Below are positions 36,688 through 43,762 of a stretch of 64,000 bases of DNA, one piece after another; position 1 is the stretch's first letter; every line of letters starts with the position of its first letter. The stretch is from the NCBI GenBank assembly GCA_028702135.1, contig JAQVPJ010000010.1, forward strand, positions 3,114-67,113, written 5' to 3'. Made by a program: the position numbers and the translations under genes. Below the pieces are notes generated by a model. That model was not told the origin of the DNA. It did no database searches and was given only the letters and a program-made list of their open reading frames with translations. This DNA is from Eubacteriales bacterium (lineage in GTDB: Bacteria; Bacillota; Clostridia; Oscillospirales; CAG-382).

Positions 36688-38285
36688 CCGACACCCACAT
36701 CCTCTCCGAGATTGCATGAATACACCCATTCGATATAATCACCGTTCGACAAAACGTATTCTGAACAGCTATCGCCCGAGAAAACTCCGTTTACTTTATA
36801 CAACCAGCCTGACAGAGCACCGAAGTCGTACTGGTAAATATTATTGATCCCTTCAATATAAACTAAAGCGGCATTATCCCCGCCATCATACTCCATTTGG
36901 ATTCTGTTATGTTTAACCGTGCGTTCAAGAATATCAAAAACGGTGTCGCCCTCACGCAGGACATATTCTTTTTTATCTAAAATAACTCCATTTTTGGGAA
37001 TATGCTCCGAATCGGACTTTTCCGCAGCCGTGTCGCAGCGTATTGAGATAAAAACCGTGTTGCTGTTCGGTTTTATGTCCTCAATGTTTTCCTGATAATA
37101 TTCCTCAACCGATTGTACTTCTATTATGAATATTACCGAAACAGCGATAACGATTACGATTATAACTATAAGGATTTTCTTTATACTCGCTTTTTTTGCG
37201 AGGAAAAGATATCCGATAACGAACAGGGCAAGAACCGCTACGGCGATACAAGCCCATTTGCGAAAGAGCGTGTTAAGTGAATCTGTGGGTTCAGTATATT
37301 CAGTTTTAACACCTTCCGTTTCGGATATATAATCAGATTCGGCCTTTTTATCTCCGAAACCGTACAGTCCGTTCAGTCCGTTAGTCTGTCTCCATGCGTA
37401 AACGAGAGAAAGCATAACCTGCACGCTTGCCAAGTCGTTTGCTTCTCCTCCGGGGGTATGGCAAAAGCTCCCGTCGGGCAGTTTATATAAAAGAAGTCCG
37501 TCCAGAACGCTGTTTCCGTTTTTTATAAAACGCTCATCCGAATTGAAGTCGATATCCAGAGCCGTTAAAGCAGAGAGGACTTGAGCGGTGCTCTCACAAT
37601 TTCTTGTCCCGAAACTCGCAAAATCACCGTTTTCGAGTTGTTTTTCAGAGATAAACGCAAGCGCTCTGTCCACAGCGGCTTTTACCGCCGGGGTTTCATA
37701 ATGAACGGATAACGCCTGTATCGCGATTGCTGTAACATCGATATCCGAATTTTTTCCTGACAACGCCCAGCCTCCGTCGGGTAGGGCTAAGGAGAGAATT
37801 CTCTCCGTAATTTCATTCGCGTCCCCCGGGTATTCTCCGGAATCAAGCAGGATAAGCCCGAAAAGCTCACTCATAATACCGAACTTCCCGATCGTTTCGG
37901 CCAGCGTTTTTCTTATAAAAGCGTTATCCGTGCCTAAGGCAGAATAACATATGGCGATACGCTGTAAGTCCGTCGCGTTCCCGCCCGGAGCGGTTTTAAT
38001 ATAGCTATCGAGTGCGTTTTTATATTCGGAAAAATCATAGCCGCCTTTGTATTGCTTAATGGCTATTATATACCATTCGTTCGGGCTTCTGCCGGCGTTA
38101 GGCGTAAGATGCTTGTCTATTAAATCCTGAACGGAACTGCTGCTCGTTTCTCCTATCTTCCAATCCAAAACACCTTCAATATGTTCTTCGAGTAAAGAGG
38201 CGTTGTTTACAGCACCCGAACTTATGCAAAGTACGGATGAAACAATCAGAACGAGCAGCAACAAAGAGATTAGTTTGTATTTCAT
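36684..38285 (-). CDS. Exported transcobalamin-like protein: alpha/alpha-toroid (prenyltransferase-repeat-like) domain, TM segment and C-terminal DUF4430 domain
   Basis: Signal peptide. Repeated LPDGGW / LENGDF / LPDGSF motifs are typical of terpenoid-cyclase/prenyltransferase-like toroids. There is a mid-protein TM helix. The C-terminus reads GDTVFDILERT...GINNIYQYDFGALSGWLYKVNGVFSGDSCSEYVLSNGDYIEWVY (DUF4430-like). Confidence 0.6.
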   Translation of the reverse strand: MKYKLISLLLLVLIVSSVLCISSGAVNNASLLEEHIEGVLDWKIGETSSSSVQDLIDKHLTPNAGRSPNEWYIIAIKQYKGGYDFSEYKNALDSYIKTAPGGNATDLQRIAICYSALGTDNAFIRKTLAETIGKFGIMSELFGLILLDSGEYPGDANEITERILSLALPDGGWALSGKNSDIDVTAIAIQALSVHYETPAVKAAVDRALAFISEKQLENGDFASFGTRNCESTAQVLSALTALDIDFNSDERFIKNGNSVLDGLLLYKLPDGSFCHTPGGEANDLASVQVMLSLVYAWRQTNGLNGLYGFGDKKAESDYISETEGVKTEYTEPTDSLNTLFRKWACIAVAVLALFVIGYLFLAKKASIKKILIVIIVIVIAVSVIFIIEVQSVEEYYQENIEDIKPNSNTVFISIRCDTAAEKSDSEHIPKNGVILDKKEYVLREGDTVFDILERTVKHNRIQMEYDGGDNAALVYIEGINNIYQYDFGALSGWLYKVNGVFSGDSCSEYVLSNGDYIEWVYSCNLGEDVGVG

Positions 38286-39142
38286 ATGCTTTTATTGCGT
38301 TTGTAAAAAGCAGCGCTTATGATAATCATAAGAGCGGCTGCCAACACAAGAAGTGCTGTAATTTCACCGCCGTCGCCGGTATGCGGGGTATCTGTGCTTC
38401 CGTTCGTCTCCGAAATGGCCTTGTCATCTATGACTACGGTATAATCGGAAGCGAAACGGAGTACAAGCGGAAGTCCTTTATCGCTTTTTTTTGATATTTG
38501 AACCTTATGCACTCCCGGGGTCAGCTGATCCCTGCTTATCCTGATCTCACCGTTATCATCAGTGGTATAAATCGCTTTTTCGCTTCCAAATCCCCAATGA
38601 ACCTCTGCATTTGCAACAGGGTTTTCGGAAACGATTGCGCTGTAATCGTCATTAAATGTTGTATCCCGGCTTGTGAATCTAATAATGCCGTCGGCTATTC
38701 TTGACGTGTCCGCTTCGGGGAACTGCATTCCGACACCGTAAGGATCACCGTAATACAGCAGAACTCTGTCGCCGTCTTTCAGGTTAAAGCCGTCTATTCC
38801 CACGGCCGGTTCCAATCCGTTGACTTTATACATCCAGCCGTCCCAACCGCCGAATCTTGAAGCGGATTGATCGTTTATGTCGGTAATATAAGCCGTATCA
38901 ACACCTGTAATCTCAAAGCTGTCCTCCTGCTCGTCAATATATGCGAGCGCGGTTTGCAGGGTCAGATTATCGGTATACGGTATATCAAGTGTATTGTAAT
39001 ATATATTTTCGTCTATCCCCTCGATACGCAGAGTGATGCTCATAACCGATTTGTCTTCTGCCGCCGTGTTTATTGCAAGTACACCGAACAGCATAATTAT
39101 TGATACTGTTATAAAGAAAAGCCTTTTTGCCGATCTGTTCAT
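38282..39142 (-). CDS. Cell-surface DUF4430-domain protein with a sortase-type C-terminal anchor
   Basis: Signal peptide. The DUF4430-like region is TLQTALAYIDE...RFGGWDGWMYKVNGLEPAVGIDGFNLKDGDRVLLYYG. An Ig-like middle domain follows. The C-terminus has TPHTGDGG, a hydrophobic helix and KRNKSI (LPXTG-like sorting signal architecture). Confidence 0.65.
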   Translation of the reverse strand: MNRSAKRLFFITVSIIMLFGVLAINTAAEDKSVMSITLRIEGIDENIYYNTLDIPYTDNLTLQTALAYIDEQEDSFEITGVDTAYITDINDQSASRFGGWDGWMYKVNGLEPAVGIDGFNLKDGDRVLLYYGDPYGVGMQFPEADTSRIADGIIRFTSRDTTFNDDYSAIVSENPVANAEVHWGFGSEKAIYTTDDNGEIRISRDQLTPGVHKVQISKKSDKGLPLVLRFASDYTVVIDDKAISETNGSTDTPHTGDGGEITALLVLAAALMIIISAAFYKRNKSI

Positions 39143-39329
39143 TTTAAATCCTTTCCTAAAAAAAACACTTTTTTACACTGAGTGTAGAAATTTACACCGA
39201 ATGTAAAAAAGCGCAACTATCTCATTCAGGCAATTAAAAGAATAAAAACTTTCATGCCCGAATAAAACGGCTGCGCTCTTCCAATAAGTATCCTTCTCCT
39301 GTATACAAAAGAAAAACACTCTTTTACCC

Positions 39330-39505
39330 AAAAGCGTTCGTTGCGGCAACGCTGTGAAAGTGTATTTGCCGAACGTAAGCCTCGCCTCATGGCAAGCGAT
39401 CCGACTTTAATAAACTCCGGCGAAAAAAATTTCGTCGTTTTTTATTGTTTACGGTAATGGCGGTTGCATCGGATTTTCACCGAAATTCTCTTAACCATGT
39501 GCGAA
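39330..39505 (-). promoter_or_regulatory. Cobalamin riboswitch (compact form) with a terminator expression platform
   Basis: Minus-strand reading gives cATGGTTAAGAGAATTTCGGTGAAAATCCGATGCAACCGCCATTACCGTAAAC ... AAGTCGGATCGCTTGCCATGag. P1 pairs CATGG with CCATG (39388-39499). The GGTGAAAATCC core and a B12-box-like AGTCGGAtcgcTTGCC are present. A downstream hairpin agcgtt/aacgct followed by TTTT lies at 39333-39353. Confidence 0.75.
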
Positions 39506-39533
39506 TAGATTATTTTTATTACGTAACACGGAT

Positions 39534-39562
39534 ATTTTAGCATATAAAGATAACTGTGTCAA
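39534..39562 (-). promoter_or_regulatory. Promoter of the riboswitch/ECF operon
   Basis: Minus strand: TTGACA (39562-39557), 17 nt, TAAAAT (39539-39534). Confidence 0.55.
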
Positions 39563-39599
39563 CGCTTATGCCAAACGAATCTTTTATAACCTGCTATAA

Positions 39600-40514
39600 T
39601 CACATTCTATCGATATAGTTGCAAGCGGCAATAGCGGCAACTGTACCGTCAGCACAGGCGGTTGTTATCTGTCTTACGGTTTTTGTACGACAATCACCCG
39701 CAGCAAATATACCCGGCGTGTCGGTAACGCAGCTCTCGCCGGATATGATATACCCGGTTTTGTCAAGCCGTGCACACTCCCTGAATACATCGTTTTCGGG
39801 AGCAAGCCCTATTGCTACGAACAGTCCGTCAAGTGAAAGTCGAAATTCGCTTCCGTCTGCCTCGCGTTTTAGTATGACACCGTTTAAAGAGGTATTGCCC
39901 AAAAGTGATTTTACCACCGTTCCGAGAATAATCTCCACGTTCGGCTTTGTTTTCAGTAATTCGGCAAGGCGGCATTCGCCCGTTAGATAATCGAGGTTTT
40001 GTATGATATAGACTTTTTTACATATCTCCGAGAGCAGAATCGCCTCCTGCAGTGCGGAATTTCCACCCCCGACTATTCCGACCGTCTGTCCCGCATAAAA
40101 CGCACCGTCACAGGTGGCGCAATAGGATATACCCTCACCCACAAGATTATCCTCTCCGGGTAACCCGAGTCTGCGATGCTTCGCTCCTGCAGCGATAATA
40201 ACGCTTTTTGCCCTGTACTTATTATACTCTGAGATTACAATCTTTTCATCACCCTCGGTATGAAGACCGACAACCTCCTCCAGCTCTACCTCAGCCCCCA
40301 GCGCGAGAACCTGCTCTATTAGCTTGTCTGCCAAATCGTTTCCGGAAATAGCGGCGATACCGGGATAATTCTCTATCTTAGGCGAAAAGGTTGCCTGTCC
40401 GCCGAAGGTTGCTTTTTCGAGCAGCAAAACGGTTTTGCCGGCACGCCTTGCGTAAAGGGCGGCGGTTAGCCCCGCAGGGCCGCCGCCGATTATAATAATG
40501 TCATATTCCTGCAT
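39600..40514 (-). CDS. trxB: Thioredoxin-disulfide reductase
   Basis: GGGPAGLTAA (FAD), redox-active CATCDG, GGGNSALQEA (NADPH) and GIFAAGDC, over 304 aa. Confidence 0.9.
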   Translation of the reverse strand: MQEYDIIIIGGGPAGLTAALYARRAGKTVLLLEKATFGGQATFSPKIENYPGIAAISGNDLADKLIEQVLALGAEVELEEVVGLHTEGDEKIVISEYNKYRAKSVIIAAGAKHRRLGLPGEDNLVGEGISYCATCDGAFYAGQTVGIVGGGNSALQEAILLSEICKKVYIIQNLDYLTGECRLAELLKTKPNVEIILGTVVKSLLGNTSLNGVILKREADGSEFRLSLDGLFVAIGLAPENDVFRECARLDKTGYIISGESCVTDTPGIFAAGDCRTKTVRQITTACADGTVAAIAACNYIDRM

Positions 40515-40521
40515 AAATATT

Positions 40522-42885
40522 TTACCTGTTCTCGATATATTTTTTTATGTTGGATACATTTGAGTGCTTCTCGGTCTGTCCGTTTCGAACGACAAGCAGG
40601 GTAGGTGCGAGCTTTACTCCGTATTTTTTGGTTTCCTCAACATTTTCATCTGCTATGATTTTTCTGTAGGGAATACCTGCCTTGTCAAGAAGCGCCGTGG
40701 CAATTTTACAGTTCGGACAGGTCTTGGAGGTGAAAAGGAGCGCAATATCTTCCAAGCAGCAGGATGACTCCTCATCTGCTTTATCGTTTTTTGCTTCTTT
40801 TTGTTTTAAAACGGAGTTTTCGATGTCATAAACAAGACGGTCCTTGTACTCCTGGCTTTTGCCGACATTCCAGTTTTTAACCGGTCTGTAATAACCCGTT
40901 ATACGGCTGTAAACCTCGGTTTCCTCGCCGCATTCCGGGCATTTTTGAACCTCGCCCTGAATATAGCCGTGGTTTCTGCAAACGGAATAGGTCGGAGAGA
41001 TAGTATAATAGGGGATTTTGTAATTCTCCGCAACTTTCCGTACAAGAGATGCGGCAGATCTCCAATCCGGCAGCTTTTCGCCCAGAAAAGCATGGAAAAC
41101 AGTACCGGAGGTATAGAGGGTCTGAATATCATCCTGAATATCAAGCGCGGTGAATATGTCTGATGTATATCCTACGGGAAGATTCGAGCTGTTTGTGTAG
41201 TAAGGTGTTCCGCCGTTCTCGCAAGCGGTGATAATGTCCGGAAATTGCTCTTTATCATGCTTTGCAAGACGATAGGAGGTGGATTCCGCCGGAGTAGCCT
41301 CAAGATTATACAGATCCCCGTATTTTTCCTGATAATCTGCGAGTCTGTCACGCATATGATTTAAGACTTCCTTCGTGAACTCCTGAGTTTCGGTATGAGT
41401 CATATCTTTTTTTATCCAGTTTGCGTTGAGTCCGGCCTCGTTCATGCCGAGAAGACCTATTGTAGAGAAGTGGTTGTCAAATGTGCCGAGATAACGCTTT
41501 GTATAGGGATAAAGACCTTCGTTTAGAAGCTTTGTAATTATTGTGCGCTTTGTCTTTAAGGAACGCGCACTTATATCCATCATCTTGTCAAGGCGTTTGT
41601 AGAAATCCGCCTTGTCTGCCGCAAGATAAGCTATTCTCGGCATATTGATGGTTACAACGCCTACCGAGCCCGTGCTCTCTCCGCTGCCGAAAAATCCGCC
41701 GGATTTTTTGCGAAGCTCGCGGAGGTCGAGGCGCAGTCTGCAGCACATACTGCGGACATCGCTCGGTTCCATATCGCTGTTTATATAGTTGGAGAAATAA
41801 GGTGTACCGTATTTGGAGGTCATCTCGAACAACAGCTTGTTATTCTGCGTCTCGGACCAGTCGAAATCGGAGGTTATGGAATAGGTAGGAATAGGATACT
41901 GGAAACCTCTGCCGTTCGCGTCTCCTTCGATCATCGTCTCAATAAACGCCTTGTTTACAATGTCCATTTCCTTTTTGCAGTCCTTGTACTTGAAGGGCAT
42001 CTCTTTGCCGCCGACTATGGCGTTGAGCTCTGCGAGATCGTCGGGAACAGTCCAGTCGAGTGTTATGTTTGAAAAGGGTGCCTGTGTTCCCCATCTGCTC
42101 GGAGTGTTAACGCCGAAAATAAAGGATTCTATGCACTTCTTAACCTGATTATAATCGAGATTGTCAACTTTTACAAAGGGGGCAAGATAGGTGTCGAATG
42201 ACGAGAAAGCCTGAGCCCCGGCCCATTCGTTTTGCATAATGCCGAGAAAGTTTACCATCTGGTTGCATAATGTCGCAAGATGCTTTGCAGGTGCGGATGT
42301 GATTTTTCCGGGAACACCGCCAAGCCCTTCCTTTATGAGCTGTTTTAAAGACCAGCCCGCACAGTATCCTGTAAGCATGGAAAGGTCGTGAAGATGTATG
42401 TCAGCGTTTCTATGAGCTTTGAAAATCTCATCGTCATAAATTTCCGAAAGCCAGTAATTCGCAGTTATCGCACCCGAGTTGCTCAGAATCAAACCGCCGA
42501 CAGAATAGGTGACGGTAGAGTTCTCTTTAACACGCCAGTCGGTAACCTTTACATAGCTGTCGACAATCTCCTTGTAATCGAGTATTGTTGACTTCATGTT
42601 GCGTATTTTCTCACGCTGACGGCGGTAGAGGATGTATGCTTTTGCTATATCAGCGTAGCCTGCTTTTATCAGTACAGCTTCCACGCTGTCCTGAATATCC
42701 TCGACAGCGATCAGATTATCTTTTATTTTAGGCTCGAAATCGGCGGTTACATTGAGAGCAAGAAGATTGATTATGCTGGGATGAGACTGCTTGTTCTGTG
42801 CATCAAATGCTTTTGTAATTGCGCTGCTGATTTTGGTAATATCGAATTCTGAAATATTACCGTCTCTTTTAATGACCTGGTACAT
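40522..42885 (-). CDS. nrdD: Anaerobic (class III) ribonucleoside-triphosphate reductase with a fused C-terminal thioredoxin/NrdH-like domain
   Basis: N-terminal ATP-cone (MYQVIKRDGNISEFDITKISSAI), the NrdD core, a Zn/Cys cluster CPECGEE, the glycyl-radical region SRITGYYRPV, then a ~45-aa linker and a thioredoxin-fold tail with CPNC (LLFTSKTCPNCKIATALLDKAGIPYRKI). Confidence 0.9.
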   Translation of the reverse strand: MYQVIKRDGNISEFDITKISSAITKAFDAQNKQSHPSIINLLALNVTADFEPKIKDNLIAVEDIQDSVEAVLIKAGYADIAKAYILYRRQREKIRNMKSTILDYKEIVDSYVKVTDWRVKENSTVTYSVGGLILSNSGAITANYWLSEIYDDEIFKAHRNADIHLHDLSMLTGYCAGWSLKQLIKEGLGGVPGKITSAPAKHLATLCNQMVNFLGIMQNEWAGAQAFSSFDTYLAPFVKVDNLDYNQVKKCIESFIFGVNTPSRWGTQAPFSNITLDWTVPDDLAELNAIVGGKEMPFKYKDCKKEMDIVNKAFIETMIEGDANGRGFQYPIPTYSITSDFDWSETQNNKLLFEMTSKYGTPYFSNYINSDMEPSDVRSMCCRLRLDLRELRKKSGGFFGSGESTGSVGVVTINMPRIAYLAADKADFYKRLDKMMDISARSLKTKRTIITKLLNEGLYPYTKRYLGTFDNHFSTIGLLGMNEAGLNANWIKKDMTHTETQEFTKEVLNHMRDRLADYQEKYGDLYNLEATPAESTSYRLAKHDKEQFPDIITACENGGTPYYTNSSNLPVGYTSDIFTALDIQDDIQTLYTSGTVFHAFLGEKLPDWRSAASLVRKVAENYKIPYYTISPTYSVCRNHGYIQGEVQKCPECGEETEVYSRITGYYRPVKNWNVGKSQEYKDRLVYDIENSVLKQKEAKNDKADEESSCCLEDIALLFTSKTCPNCKIATALLDKAGIPYRKIIADENVEETKKYGVKLAPTLLVVRNGQTEKHSNVSNIKKYIENR

Positions 42886-42917
42886 AGTAATCTCCGTTCC
42901 TTTTCTTAAGTAAATAC

Positions 42918-42946
42918 ATAATATCACAACATTTAGACTCTGTCAA
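42918..42946 (-). promoter_or_regulatory. Promoter of nrdD
   Basis: Minus strand: TTGACA (42946-42941), 17 nt, TATTAT (42923-42918). Confidence 0.5.
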
Positions 42947-42954
42947 TAATAAAA

Positions 42955-42970
42955 TTACTATATATTGTGT
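42955..42970. promoter_or_regulatory. NrdR-box-like 16-mer
   Basis: The minus strand reads ACACAATATATAGTAA, against the recalled NrdR consensus acaCwAtATaTwGtgt. Only one box was seen and the right arm is degenerate. Confidence 0.35.
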
Positions 42971-42972
42971 TT

Positions 42973-42989
42973 TTGTACATGATGTACAA
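42973..42989. promoter_or_regulatory. Perfect 17-bp palindrome TTGTACA-TGA-TGTACAA
   Basis: Direct reading. It lies immediately downstream of the nrdG stop and upstream of the nrdD promoter. Confidence 0.4.
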
Positions 42990-42994
42990 TTTCA

Positions 42995-43687
42995 TCAAAA
43001 GCCCCTCAGAGCAGCGTTTGGCACATAAATCCTTAAAATATCAAGCAAATACCTGCTTTCCTTCTCAGAAAAACCGCAGAGCCCGCTCTCTATCAAATTG
43101 CCGGAATCTACAAAATTCTGTAAAAAATACTTTTCTTCGCCCTTCAGCCACAACCCTATTGACCTGATACTGTCCTCGGTATGGAATGTCCGCACAAGCG
43201 TTGTGCGGAACTCGAAGGGGAGAGAACCTGTCATAAGTTTTTTCGCGCTCTCCTTAACGGCGTCGATATCAATAATCTCTTTTCCCGCAGTTTTTGCATA
43301 ATACTTCGGGGAATTTTTTATATCCATCGCAACATAGTCGAGCATGCCCGAATCTATGAGTTTGATGAGCCTTTCAGGGAAGCTGCCGTTTGTATCGAGC
43401 TTAACTTTATAACCCAATGCCTTTATCTCCGTAATAAAGTTATGGATATCACTCTGCATCAGCGGTTCTCCGCCCGTGATACATACGCCATCGAGAGCAC
43501 CCTTCCTTTTCTTCAGAAAAGTGAAAAAATCCTCATAAGTAATCCCGCTCTCTGAATCCGGCGTCAATACAAGCGATGCATTATGGCAAAAAGGGCATCG
43601 GAAATTGCAGCCTCCGGTAAAAACCGTGCAGGCGACAACTCCGGGGTAGTCGAGCAGAGTCAGTTTCTGCAAGCCTTGGATGTTCAA
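42995..43687 (-). CDS. nrdG: Anaerobic ribonucleotide reductase activating protein (radical SAM)
   Basis: CNFRCPFCHN cluster motif, LDYPG and GVCITGGEP, over ~230 aa. TTG start. Confidence 0.9.
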   Translation of the reverse strand: MNIQGLQKLTLLDYPGVVACTVFTGGCNFRCPFCHNASLVLTPDSESGITYEDFFTFLKKRKGALDGVCITGGEPLMQSDIHNFITEIKALGYKVKLDTNGSFPERLIKLIDSGMLDYVAMDIKNSPKYYAKTAGKEIIDIDAVKESAKKLMTGSLPFEFRTTLVRTFHTEDSIRSIGLWLKGEEKYFLQNFVDSGNLIESGLCGFSEKESRYLLDILRIYVPNAALRGF

Positions 43688-43762
43688 GCTTTATCATTCC
43701 CGTTCTTTTTTGTTTTTTATTTTACCATGTATTGCAAAATAAATAAACATATATATTAAAAA

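Noticed and set aside
36455-36847. 130-aa plus-strand and 92-aa minus-strand alternative ORFs at the EcfT / transcobalamin-like gene junction.
   Set aside because: They overlap the coupled (ATGA) junction of two supported minus-strand genes and have no independent signals.
43688-43762. AT-rich TTAATATATATGTTTA upstream of nrdG, considered as a second NrdR box.
   Set aside because: Only the central ATATAT matches. The flanking ACAC/GTGT arms are absent, so it cannot be distinguished from AT-rich background.
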